A stretch of 64,000 nucleotides of DNA from NCBI GenBank assembly GCA_015065385.1, contig SVQK01000056.1, forward strand, positions 363,264-427,263, in the 5' to 3' direction. Within the stretch, counting starts at the first letter, position 1. Each line of letters opens with the position of its first letter. The notes below the pieces were generated by a model. It did no database searches. It was not told the DNA's origin and saw only the letters and a list, made by a program, of their open reading frames with translations. Made by a program: the position numbers and the translations under genes. Of this stretch, positions 35,873 to 45,299 are shown one piece after another. Source of the stretch: Oscillospiraceae bacterium (GTDB taxonomy: Bacteria; Bacillota; Clostridia; Oscillospirales; CAG-272).

Positions 35873-37248
35873 GACGATTTCTCCTCCGTTGATGGGATCG
35901 ATTCTACATAGAAGCAGAAGTCCAAAATCACGCAGCCGTTTTCGTCGGGCGTCGTGAAGCGGGGGCAGAGGCCGTTCTCAAAGCTCGTGACGAATCCGTC
36001 CGCGTCCTTTTTCATGGTCATGCCCGCTTTCTCCACCTCGTCCGCGCATCCCGGGATCGCCCCGTGAACCTCATCCTCGGGCCCGTAGATCCAGACGGTT
36101 CCGAGCGATCCGGCGGGGAAGTCGAGACAGGAGAATCCCTCGGGAACCGGGGTCCCGGCGGGCGCGAACATGCCGATCCAGTAGGAGAACGGTTTTCCCT
36201 CCGCTCTCCGCTCGAGTCCGACGTAACCGCCTCCGTTTTCCCAGATCTTCAGAATGGCGTCGGGTCCTCCCATGGACTCCTCGATCAAATCGAACCAGCC
36301 GTTTGCGAACCAGTCTCCCCACCACGGGCCGAAATCCGGATATTCTTTTCCGATGAACCGCATGGCGGGAACCTCGTCCCGGAAAATCTTTTTGAATGTT
36401 GTCATGCTGTGCTCCTTCTGTCCTGTGGGCATTATATCTCCCCGGACCGTCAGCCGGTGGACGAAGCCGATCATGCCCTGGGACGCCGTGATCTGGCGTT
36501 TGCCGGGGATGATCTCCGTGTCGGAATAACCGTGAATGTGGCCGCAGAGGACCATCTTCACAGCCAGTGAGGTCTCGAGAAAGTTTACAAACCGCCTTCC
36601 GTTGTCGTCCTCCGTCTCCCGGTCGATCGAGAAATAGACGCCGAATCGCCGCATGAAGTCCCGGTCGGAGCGGGCGGCGACGGGGATGTGCGTGCAGACG
36701 ATCATGGGGACGCCCTCCTCAGCGAGCTCATCCAGCCGGTCGAGATCCTCCCTTGCGACGGTTCCGAGCCGGTCGTCCACCGCGGCAAGGCGGACCTCCC
36801 CGAAATCGAGGACATGTACCTCGGATTCCCAGACGCCGGGCAGTGACGCGCTCTCGTGGTTCCCCGGCACGCAGAGGAAGGGAAGACCGCAGTTCTCCAT
36901 CCGTCCGGCAAGAAACCGCTCTCCCGCCGGGTGCATCCATTCGAGGTTGTCCCCCGTGAGGATGAGGGCGTCGGGAGCTTCTTCACGGGCAAACGCGAGC
37001 AGCCTGTCAAATCCGGCGGCGGTGGTGATGCGCTGAGCGTCCGAGAAAGGTTCCCCGAAGCTCTTGGCGAAGTTCTCCTTCCCGACCATCCAGCGCTCGT
37101 CCCGGGCGATGGCCTCCGCCTTTTCCTCCTCCGTGCTCAAATCGTCCCAGACGCAGAGGTGGGTGTCGCTGATGTGCAGAAAGACGTGTTTCCCCTTCAT
37201 CCCGGGGAGGATCAGTTCGTTGTCGATGACGCGGATATAGGGATCCAT
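35869..37248 (-). CDS. Calcineurin-like metallophosphoesterase read through in frame into a GyrI-like small-molecule-binding domain
   Basis: SDTH, TGDN, PGNHE, THIP, CGHIH; then PAMRFIGKEY...YWIGMFAPAGTPVPEGF, with its own RBS and ATG at 36405. Confidence 0.78.
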   Translation of the reverse strand: MDPYIRVIDNELILPGMKGKHVFLHISDTHLCVWDDLSTEEEKAEAIARDERWMVGKENFAKSFGEPFSDAQRITTAAGFDRLLAFAREEAPDALILTGDNLEWMHPAGERFLAGRMENCGLPFLCVPGNHESASLPGVWESEVHVLDFGEVRLAAVDDRLGTVAREDLDRLDELAEEGVPMIVCTHIPVAARSDRDFMRRFGVYFSIDRETEDDNGRRFVNFLETSLAVKMVLCGHIHGYSDTEIIPGKRQITASQGMIGFVHRLTVRGDIMPTGQKEHSMTTFKKIFRDEVPAMRFIGKEYPDFGPWWGDWFANGWFDLIEESMGGPDAILKIWENGGGYVGLERRAEGKPFSYWIGMFAPAGTPVPEGFSCLDFPAGSLGTVWIYGPEDEVHGAIPGCADEVEKAGMTMKKDADGFVTSFENGLCPRFTTPDENGCVILDFCFYVESIPSTEEKSS

Positions 37249-37286
37249 GCTGTGGCCTCCTGTTTGGTTTTTCAATTGATTCCCGC

Positions 37287-37994
37287 TCAATACGGGCGGA
37301 TGTAGCGGTCCTTCCGGGACAGGCGGCGGATCGTCAGCCATGAGACGAGGAACAGCCCCGCCACGAAGACGGCGAAGAACCACGAATAGCCCACGGTCGC
37401 CGCGAAGTCGTAAACTCCGTGGAGCAGGGCGGCGCAAGAGAAGGCGAGGATCCGGCAGGCTTTGCTCTTCTTCGGTTCGCCGTAAAGATCGCACCGCTTG
37501 GCCAGACCGTACCACGCCCCCATGAACACCCCGAAACAGGCATGTCCCGGAACGGCGGTGACAGCCCGGATCAGCGCGGTTTCGAAGCCGTACATGGCGA
37601 CGTAGCCGATATTTTCCCACAGGGCGAATCCGAGCGAGACGAACACCGCGTACACCACGCCGTCGAACTGGCAGTTGAACTCCGGCTCTTTCCATGTGCG
37701 CCGTTTGAGCAGGAGGTATTTGAAGCCCTCCTCCGCCGGTCCGACCACGAGGAAGAAGAGCGCGGCGGCATAGGCTACGGTGTTTTCCTCGAAGAACAGC
37801 CCGACGAGGAAGGTTCCGGCCTCCTCCCCCAGAAGCGCGAGGGCTGTCGCTAAGATCCCGCCGATCACAAGGCGGATCAGCACCCGCGGGGACTCCGCCT
37901 CGAGCCGGTCCGCCCGCCGTACATAGATCAGCAGAACGAGTGCCGGGATGACCGCCGCCGCGATGAGGACGGGATGAACGCCGAAAAGGAACAT
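37287..37994 (-). CDS. prsW: PrsW-family glutamic intramembrane protease
   Basis: GPAEEGFK, DGVVYAVFVSLGFALWEN, PGHA, LHGVYD. Confidence 0.9.
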   Translation of the reverse strand: MFLFGVHPVLIAAAVIPALVLLIYVRRADRLEAESPRVLIRLVIGGILATALALLGEEAGTFLVGLFFEENTVAYAAALFFLVVGPAEEGFKYLLLKRRTWKEPEFNCQFDGVVYAVFVSLGFALWENIGYVAMYGFETALIRAVTAVPGHACFGVFMGAWYGLAKRCDLYGEPKKSKACRILAFSCAALLHGVYDFAATVGYSWFFAVFVAGLFLVSWLTIRRLSRKDRYIRPY

Positions 37995-38052
37995 GGGAAG
38001 AACCTCCGTTTCGAGAAAACCCGGAAAGATCGGGGAAAATCGTCCGATCCCC

Positions 38053-38081
38053 TTGCAAATCCGGGCCGGATCGGGTATGAT
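38053..38081 (+). promoter_or_regulatory. Probable sigmaA promoter of the sulfatase
   Basis: TTGCAA, 17 nt spacer, TATGAT. Confidence 0.6.
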
Positions 38082-38122
38082 GAAAGTAAGCGGAAACGAC
38101 GAGGACACCGGGAGGATTTGGG

Positions 38123-39451
38123 ATGAAGGAACAAAGGCCGAATATCGTATTTTTGTTTTCCGATCAGCAGCGGTATGACACCGTGAGCTGTTACGGCGCC
38201 GCGCCGGGAGCGGGATTCGGGCTGACGCCGCGGATCGACGGACTGGCGGAAGAAGGCGTGCGCTTCGATCTCGCCATGACCTGCCAGCCCGTGTGCGGAC
38301 CCGCCCGCGCCTGCCTCCAGACCGGTCTCTATCCCGCGGGGATCGGATGCGATGTCAACGACCGCGCCCTGCCCGCCGGGATCCCGACCGTTGCGGATTA
38401 TCTTCACGAAGCGGGGTACGAGACGGCGTATGTGGGCAAATGGCATCTCGCCTCCCAGCATTCGTTCGAGCCCTCAGCCCCGGATCACGCGGACTACAGG
38501 ACGAAACCGATCCCACCCGAGCGGCGCGGCGGCTGGCGGGACTATTGGATGGCAGCGGACGTTCTGGAATTCACCTCCCACGGCTACGGAGGGTATGTGT
38601 TCGACGGGGACGGGAACCGGGTGGATTTCGACGGCTACCGCGCGGATTTTCTGACGGACTGCGCCGTGGACTACATCCGCCGGGAAAAGAGCGGGCCATT
38701 CTGCCTCTTTGTTTCGTGGCTCGAGCCGCATTATCAGAACGACCGGGAGCACTGCGAGGCTCCGGCAGGCGAGCGGGAGCGGTACGAGAACTATGAGATA
38801 CCCGGGGATCTATCGGATACGGCGGGGGACTGGCGGCGCGAGATGCCCGACTACCTCGCCTGCTGCCGGAATCTTGACACGAACACGGGCCGGATCGCGG
38901 ACGCGCTGAAGGAGGCGGGGCTGTACGAGAACACGGTCATTGTCTACACCTCGGATCACGGGTGCCATTTCCGGACCCGGAACAGCGAGTACAAGCGATC
39001 CCCGCACGACGACAGCATCCATGTGCCGCTCGTGATCCGCGGCCCGGGCTTCACCGGAGGGATCCGGGTCCCGCATCTTTCCTCCCTGATCGACCTGCCT
39101 CCCACCGTTCTCCGCGCCGCCGGGATCCCGATTCCCGAAGCCTTCCCCGGGATCCCGCTTCAAAAGCTGGCTGCCGATCCCGAAACGCCTGTCCGGGACG
39201 AAGTTTATATTCAGATCAGCGAGGCGGGGGACGGACGCGCCATCCGCACCGAGGCTCACACATACTGCGCCATGTTCGACGGCGGGGAGTTGAAGGAGGC
39301 CTATGTTTACGACAATCTCGCCGATCCGTACCAGCGGCGCAATCTGGCGGGGCTGCCCGAATACGCGGATCTGAGACGGACGCTCAGAGAACGCCTCGAG
39401 CAGGTGATCCTGCGGGAGGAGGGAAGGGCGATCCCCGTTGCCGCGCTCTGA
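38123..39451 (+). CDS. Cys-type sulfatase (S1 family)
   Basis: RPNIVFLFSDQQR, CGPARACLQTG (CxPxR), GKWHL, TSDHG. Confidence 0.93.
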   Translation: MKEQRPNIVFLFSDQQRYDTVSCYGAAPGAGFGLTPRIDGLAEEGVRFDLAMTCQPVCGPARACLQTGLYPAGIGCDVNDRALPAGIPTVADYLHEAGYETAYVGKWHLASQHSFEPSAPDHADYRTKPIPPERRGGWRDYWMAADVLEFTSHGYGGYVFDGDGNRVDFDGYRADFLTDCAVDYIRREKSGPFCLFVSWLEPHYQNDREHCEAPAGERERYENYEIPGDLSDTAGDWRREMPDYLACCRNLDTNTGRIADALKEAGLYENTVIVYTSDHGCHFRTRNSEYKRSPHDDSIHVPLVIRGPGFTGGIRVPHLSSLIDLPPTVLRAAGIPIPEAFPGIPLQKLAADPETPVRDEVYIQISEAGDGRAIRTEAHTYCAMFDGGELKEAYVYDNLADPYQRRNLAGLPEYADLRRTLRERLEQVILREEGRAIPVAAL

Positions 39452-39599
39452 CCCGGATCGACCCCGATACGCCTATTGTACGGAAAACGCAGAGATCTGT
39501 CAAGGGAATCCGCGCAGTTTGCCCGATTTTTGTCTCCGGCAGCCGGTTTTCGAGGATCCGAATCAACTGAAATCAAACGAATAAAGGAGAGCCCAACCC

Positions 39600-40499
39600 A
39601 TGAAAGACAGAGCGTATTACGAAGCGAATCCGTGGGACAGGAGCGAAGACCAGTCCTTTCTGCGGATCTACGACACAGAGACGGACGAGGTGACGACGGC
39701 GGCGGAATATGACACGCTGATCGAAGCCCCGAACTGGACGCAGGACGGCCGCGCCCTGATTTTCAACCGGCACGGGCGGATGGCGCGGCTGGAGCTTGCG
39801 ACCGGGGAAGAGCGGGAGATCGAAACGGGATTTGCGGACAACTGCAACAACGACCATGTGCTCTCTCCGGACGGCAAATTCCTCGCCGTCAGCCACGGAA
39901 CGAGGGAGGACGGGCGGTCCCGGGTGTACGTTCTGCCGATCGGCGGAGGGATCCCGCGGCTCGTCACCCCGCTCGGACCGTCGTATCTGCACGGATGGTC
40001 CCCGGACGGAAAAACACTTGCCTACTGCGCCGAGCGGGGAGGCGAATTCGACGTCTATACGGTCCCGGCGGAGGGCGGCGTCGAGACGAGGCTGACGGAG
40101 TCCGAAGGGCTCAACGACGGGCCGGAATACGCGCCGGACGGTTCGATTTGGTTCAACTCCGTCCGCTCGGGGCTCATGCAGGTCTGGAAGATGAACGCCG
40201 ACGGCTCATCGCAGACGCAGATGACCTTCCACGGGGATCGGAACAGCTGGTTCCCCCACGTCTCGCCGGACGGGCGGAAGGTTTTGTATCTGAGCTACCG
40301 GTCGGGAGACGTAAAGCCCGGGGAGCATGTGCCGCACAAATGGGTGGATCTCTGCCTGATGAACACAGACGGATCGGGCTTTTCGATCCTGCGCACGCTG
40401 TTCGGCGGACAGGGAACCGTCAACGTGAACAGCTGGGCCCCCAACAGCCGCCGCTTCGCTTTCGTGGAATACCGGATCCGCGGGATCGGAACGCTGTGA
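39600..40499 (+). CDS. TolB-like PD40 repeat beta-propeller protein
   Basis: Repeats APNWTQDG, LSPDGK, WSPDGK, YAPDG, VSPDGR. Confidence 0.88.
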   Translation: MKDRAYYEANPWDRSEDQSFLRIYDTETDEVTTAAEYDTLIEAPNWTQDGRALIFNRHGRMARLELATGEEREIETGFADNCNNDHVLSPDGKFLAVSHGTREDGRSRVYVLPIGGGIPRLVTPLGPSYLHGWSPDGKTLAYCAERGGEFDVYTVPAEGGVETRLTESEGLNDGPEYAPDGSIWFNSVRSGLMQVWKMNADGSSQTQMTFHGDRNSWFPHVSPDGRKVLYLSYRSGDVKPGEHVPHKWVDLCLMNTDGSGFSILRTLFGGQGTVNVNSWAPNSRRFAFVEYRIRGIGTL

Positions 40500-40570
40500 A
40501 CAAAACATCCGCGCAGACTCATGAACGTACTCTGAGCCGCGCGGATTCTTTTTGCCAAAGAGGGTTTCCG

Positions 40571-41329
40571 TCAGATCAGAAGATCCCCGTAGCTCCGGAT
40601 CTCTCCGAGGACCTTGCGGACCGTCCGGGGAGCGGTCCGCTCGAGAGAGGGATTGTACTGCATCGCGTCGTCCGCGTAGTCGCATCGGTTGAAGTCCACC
40701 TCGATCACAGCGGGGAGCGTCACGCGGAAGGGGCGGAAGGTCCCGATCCTCAACACAGCGCGGCGGGCCGCCTCGAAAATTCTCCGTTCGGCTTCTTCCA
40801 CGGGGAGGCACTCCGCGCGGTTTCGTCCGATCGCGGTTTTGACGACGGCAACCTCCGGACGGTCGAACAGACAGAGGGCTTCTGCGCAGGCGGCAAAATC
40901 CCCGCTTACCATAACGAGGGGAACGCCGAACGCCCCCGCATACGCCGCGAGCTGACCGCTCTCTCCATAGTTGCGCCCGTTGATCCGGTAGTCGTGCCAG
41001 CGGACGGAATTCTGGGTGTGGTCGAGAAAGGCGTTCTGCGTTCCGGCCATCGCGTGCATCCCGATGATAAAACAGGCGTCGGCGCGGGCGGCTTCCGATT
41101 CCGTACCGGTTTCCGCCCGGGGATCCAGAAGCTCCGGGATGAAGTTGTGTCCTCCGCCGTGGCCGTCCAGCACGATCACCCGGTCCGCGCCTCCTTCGAA
41201 AGCGCCCCGCACCGCCGCGTTCGTGTCCGCCATCAGCCGCTCGCGCGCGTACCGGTCCGACTCCGCCACCATGGAGATGGTCGAGACACCGGAGATGCCC
41301 TCGAGATCCGTTTCGATGAAAATGGTCAT
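40571..41329 (-). CDS. M55 family D-aminopeptidase (DppA-like)
   Basis: IETDLEGISG, DGHG, GMHAMAG, LDHT, VSGD. Confidence 0.9.
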   Translation of the reverse strand: MTIFIETDLEGISGVSTISMVAESDRYARERLMADTNAAVRGAFEGGADRVIVLDGHGGGHNFIPELLDPRAETGTESEAARADACFIIGMHAMAGTQNAFLDHTQNSVRWHDYRINGRNYGESGQLAAYAGAFGVPLVMVSGDFAACAEALCLFDRPEVAVVKTAIGRNRAECLPVEEAERRIFEAARRAVLRIGTFRPFRVTLPAVIEVDFNRCDYADDAMQYNPSLERTAPRTVRKVLGEIRSYGDLLI

Positions 41330-41572
41330 GCCGTCCTCCTGAAACAGTTCTGATACTGCCATTTTATCACAACCAGACAGCGATTGCAAGGGGCGCGTTT
41401 CCATGGGCGGAATCGGCTCCTTGTGGATTTCTTCCAGTTCGGCGGCCTGGGAAGGGGGAAAAATCCACGATCCGCCCATTGTCCAAAACCATTGAATATG
41501 ATAGAATACTTCCGGAATCAAAACCGGTTTCACGCCGCGGAAAAGAGCGGAAACCGGCAGTTGGAGGAACCA

Positions 41573-42685
41573 ATGGATTTTAGCACCCACAAGCCCGTCC
41601 GCATTTTCACCGGTGAGAACTGCCTCTCCGCCCATCCGGAGGTATTCCGCGAAGCCGGACGCCGCGCCCTGATCGTGACGGGAGCGCACGGAGCCGACGC
41701 CTCGGGAGCCGTGGACGACATTCTCTCCGTCCTGAAACAGGCGGACTGTACCTATGTGCGTTTCAACCGCATCCCCGAGAATCCCCCCGCGCCCATGTGC
41801 TGCGAGGCGGGCCGGATCGCGCGGGAGGAAGGATGCGATTTTATCGTCGCGGCGGGAGGCGGATCCGCGCTTGACGCCGGAAAAGCCATCGCCGGATACG
41901 CCGCCAACCCGGACTGCGGACCGGACGACATTTTCAACGACACCGTCCGGACAAACCCCTGTCTTCCGATCATCGCTGTGCCCACGACCGCCGGAACCGG
42001 GAGCGAAGCCGTCCGCTATTCCGTCCTGACCATCGACGGCGGCGCGCGGAAAAAGACCTTCAAGCACCCCTCCGCGTATCCGAAGGCGTCCTTTGTCGAT
42101 CCGCGCTATACATACACCCTGTCGGACAAATACACCGCTTCGACCGCCCTCGACGCGCTGGCCCATGCCGTCGAGTCCTATCTCTCCCCGAAATCCTGCC
42201 CCGCCTCCGAAGAAGCGGCTCTGTACGCCGCGCGGGAGATCTGGGATATCCTGTTCCGTCAGAACAAAACGACCGGATGGACGAAGGAGGACCGGACGCG
42301 CCTCTCCTATGCCGCCTGTGCCGCCGGAGTCGCCATCGACTACACGGGAACCGGATTCCCCCATCCGCTCGGCTACTGCCTGACCCTGACCCGGGGAACT
42401 CCCCACGGAGAAGCCTGCGCGATCTTCGAAGGGGCGTACCTCTCCTACAACCGCCTGACCGACGCCGGAGCTGCCCGGATCGACGCCCTTGCCGAAACGA
42501 TCGGCGCGACTCCGGACGAAATGATCGAGCGGATCCCCGAAAAGAGCGGGATCCATCTCACCATCGGTCCGGAGGAGCGGGAATCGCTCATCGACCGGGT
42601 CGCCGGGGCGGGGAACTTTGCGAACTCCCCCTATGTGATCTCCCGCGGCGAAATGAGCGACATCTTCGCGCGGCTGTTCGGCTGA
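41573..42685 (+). CDS. Iron-containing alcohol dehydrogenase
   Basis: GGGSALDAGK, PTTAGTGSE, DALAHAVE, HPLGY, HGEAC. Confidence 0.92.
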   Translation: MDFSTHKPVRIFTGENCLSAHPEVFREAGRRALIVTGAHGADASGAVDDILSVLKQADCTYVRFNRIPENPPAPMCCEAGRIAREEGCDFIVAAGGGSALDAGKAIAGYAANPDCGPDDIFNDTVRTNPCLPIIAVPTTAGTGSEAVRYSVLTIDGGARKKTFKHPSAYPKASFVDPRYTYTLSDKYTASTALDALAHAVESYLSPKSCPASEEAALYAAREIWDILFRQNKTTGWTKEDRTRLSYAACAAGVAIDYTGTGFPHPLGYCLTLTRGTPHGEACAIFEGAYLSYNRLTDAGAARIDALAETIGATPDEMIERIPEKSGIHLTIGPEERESLIDRVAGAGNFANSPYVISRGEMSDIFARLFG

Positions 42686-42719
42686 TAAACCGAAGCAGGG
42701 TTCTTGTTCGAAACTGAAT

Positions 42720-42770
42720 AAAAAAACGCCGGTTTCCGCGTTCCGAAAAGGATGCGGAGACCGGTTTTCT
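42720..42770. terminator. Bidirectional terminator
   Basis: CCGGTTTCCGCGT...ATGCGGAGACCGG stem flanked by A and T runs. Confidence 0.7.
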
Positions 42771-42783
42771 GCGGTTTATTCCG

Positions 42784-43233
42784 TCATTCGGCAGTCTTTT
42801 TCCAGTGCGCGAGCTTCGGGAGCTCCGCCTCGAAATATGCCCGCGCCGCTTCGGGAGGCCAGTTCTCGCTGGACATATGCCCGGCCAGAAACGCGGCCAG
42901 CTCTTCCATCGAGCCGTAGACAAACTTCCCGTCCGCATAGCACCATTTGCAGTATTCCTCGTTGAAGGAACCGTCCGGCTCCCGGCTGAGCGTTCCGTCG
43001 TCGAGCGGCATTCCGCAGCACTGGCAGATCAGCTTGCGCGGCGAGCCGAGCAGGGTGTTGATGGAGACGTCGAAGAGAGCGGAGAGGAGCTTGAGCGTCT
43101 CCGTGTTCGGGATCGCTTCTCCCGTTTCCCAGCGGCTTACGGCCTGACGGGTGACGAACACTTTTCCGGCCACCTCCTCCTGACTCATTCCCCGCGCGGT
43201 GCGCAGATTCAAAAGCACGTCCTTTGTTTCCAT
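42784..43233 (-). CDS. XRE-family regulator with a C-terminal putative zinc ribbon
   Basis: VTRQAVSRWETGE; CQCCGMPL...EEYCKWCY. Own promoter TTGACA-17-TATACT at 43275-43303. Confidence 0.9.
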   Translation of the reverse strand: METKDVLLNLRTARGMSQEEVAGKVFVTRQAVSRWETGEAIPNTETLKLLSALFDVSINTLLGSPRKLICQCCGMPLDDGTLSREPDGSFNEEYCKWCYADGKFVYGSMEELAAFLAGHMSSENWPPEAARAYFEAELPKLAHWKKTAE

Positions 43234-43321
43234 TTTGTCCGCCTTTCCATATCGGATGGATTGTTTCCGCATCCAGTATAACGCCCGTGCGGGGATTTGT
43301 CAAGCAACTGCGGATTGCGGG

Positions 43322-44212
43322 TTATCCGATCGGCTTTTTCCGCCCGCCCCCGCCGCTGCGGAATCCCCTCCACCGGATCGAGCAGGCATAGGCCGAGGCG
43401 AGAAGCAGGGGAAGGAGCGTATCGCTCTGGCACCGGATCAGCGTTACCTCCTCCTCGTCGATCCGGTCCTCCCACACCCGAACAGTCCCTCCGCGGAGGT
43501 TTCTGAGCTTCTGCGTCACGTCCTCCCGCCGCTCTTCCGGGATGCCGGCCTCGTCAAACAGCGCGCCGTCCGTCCAGACCTTGTCCGTGCTCTTCAATAA
43601 GATGTTCAGGCACCGGCGGGCGAGGGGATCCCCCATGCTGTCGAAGATCGTCCCGACCTCCTCCCCGGTCAGAAGCTCCGCAAGCCCCGCGGCTTCCGGC
43701 TCCGGGAGAATGGCGGCGAAAGGGAACCTCTTCGATTCGAACACCTCGAGCCAGCCGAAATTCGACGCCCGCTGATGCCCGGTGCTGAAGATGTACTGTC
43801 CCATCTGCTCCGGCGGGGGATCGGAATCCGGATAGTCCTCTTTCCAGCGCACGTCCTCCGGCCTGCGCGGCTTCCACCATTCCCCGGACTCGATCCCGCC
43901 GTAGCAACATTTCACTGCGGCGACCACCAGCTCGTAGGCCGTGCGCGTGATGTCGGGGATCGGGTTCTCGTTCAGCTCCCGCGCCACAATCCGGGGAAGA
44001 TCCCGCCGGGGCGTGCCGCCGAAGAGATCGTCGATCGTGACCCCCAGCTCGTTCGCCAGATCCGGGAGCAGGGCCGCGTCGGGCAGGGTATCCGTGGTCT
44101 CCCACCGGCTCACCGCCTGCATGCTCACCGAAAGCGCTTCCGCCAGCTTTTCCTGCGTCAGTCCCGCCTTCTGTCTGTACTCTCTGAGATTTGCTCCGAA
44201 GTCCATCGTCAC
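43322..44212 (-). CDS. XRE-family regulator with a large uncharacterised C-terminal region
   Basis: LTQEKLAEALSVSMQAVSRWETTDTLPD; GTG start overlapping the upstream stop. Confidence 0.85.
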   Translation of the reverse strand: MTMDFGANLREYRQKAGLTQEKLAEALSVSMQAVSRWETTDTLPDAALLPDLANELGVTIDDLFGGTPRRDLPRIVARELNENPIPDITRTAYELVVAAVKCCYGGIESGEWWKPRRPEDVRWKEDYPDSDPPPEQMGQYIFSTGHQRASNFGWLEVFESKRFPFAAILPEPEAAGLAELLTGEEVGTIFDSMGDPLARRCLNILLKSTDKVWTDGALFDEAGIPEERREDVTQKLRNLRGGTVRVWEDRIDEEEVTLIRCQSDTLLPLLLASAYACSIRWRGFRSGGGGRKKPIG

Positions 44213-45105
44213 GCCTCCTCTTCGTCCGGGTCTTTTTCGGCCAAAACGGGGGAAACCTCGTCGGGGAAGATCGGATGGAAATCGCTGTTCAGCAGATTAC
44301 ATCCGCTCTGAGGGCGGAGATCCTCGTGCAGGGCCGTCAGCGCGGTCATGAGGTACGGCTTCCCCGTGAAGACGAACACGGCCCGCTCCCCGTTCGGGAA
44401 CACCACCGTCTCTTCCGGTCCGGCGAGAAACCGGAGCAGAGTCCGCGCGTCCTCGACCGTCGATCCGCATTTCTCCGCCGCGTATTCCGCGCTGATCCGC
44501 CGCGGCGCGCCCTTCGTGTGGAGGAACCGGACCAGCTTCATCATGCCCGGCTTCGAAAGGGCGGCGAGGAATGCGGAGAGCTTGTCCGTGTCCCCCTCGA
44601 GCCAGCCGTAGTTGTCCGGGTGCTGCATGAGTGTGACGCAGAGGGCCGCCTGCTCGTGCGACATCGCGTGGGAGAAGATTTCCGAGGTGGTGACGCCCGT
44701 CCGCTCGCCCCGGTTTCCGCGCCATAATACCCAGAGCGGCGGAAGGAGGGGCTTTCCGTCCTCGCCTTCCGGATCCTCGCCCGTCGGATACAGTCTATCC
44801 GTCGCAAAGGTGAAGGTCCGGCTCACCGTATCCGCGAAATAGGCCAGCGCGGCGGCACGGCTTCCCATCCCGGCATACGGATTCCCGATGTCCGGTTCCC
44901 CGGCCAGCAGGGCGTCGATGGAGACCCCGTAATGCTTCGCCAGCGACAGCACAAGATCCAGCCCGGGTTCGCTCTCGCCCGTCTCCCATTTGCTCACCGT
45001 CTTGTCGGAGATCCCGAGCGCGTCCCCGAGATCCCGCTGAGTCTCCCCGGCTTTCTTTCTCAGCTTGGCCAGATTTTCGGCAAATTTGGTTTTCATCTCT
45101 TCCAT
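44209..45105 (-). CDS. XRE-family regulator with a large uncharacterised C-terminal region
   Basis: ETQRDLGDALGISDKTVSKWETGESEP. Confidence 0.85.
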   Translation of the reverse strand: MEEMKTKFAENLAKLRKKAGETQRDLGDALGISDKTVSKWETGESEPGLDLVLSLAKHYGVSIDALLAGEPDIGNPYAGMGSRAAALAYFADTVSRTFTFATDRLYPTGEDPEGEDGKPLLPPLWVLWRGNRGERTGVTTSEIFSHAMSHEQAALCVTLMQHPDNYGWLEGDTDKLSAFLAALSKPGMMKLVRFLHTKGAPRRISAEYAAEKCGSTVEDARTLLRFLAGPEETVVFPNGERAVFVFTGKPYLMTALTALHEDLRPQSGCNLLNSDFHPIFPDEVSPVLAEKDPDEEEA

Positions 45106-45299
45106 AGAATTGCCTCTTTTCCGCTCCCATTATGCGGGAGCTGTCAGATTCAATCTCTGAAATCCGGATTTCTTTGATCTGTCCGCAGTATAACACAAAT
45201 CATACGGGAGGGCAATAAGCAAAAACGGGATTCTCTCTCGGATCGGGAGAGAAAAAGCCGGGACTCCACGGAGGAATCCCGGCGGATAAAGAGAACGGC

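Noticed and set aside
42784-45105. Prophage or ICE immunity region
   Set aside because: No integrase, att-like repeats, structural genes or evident compositional shift.
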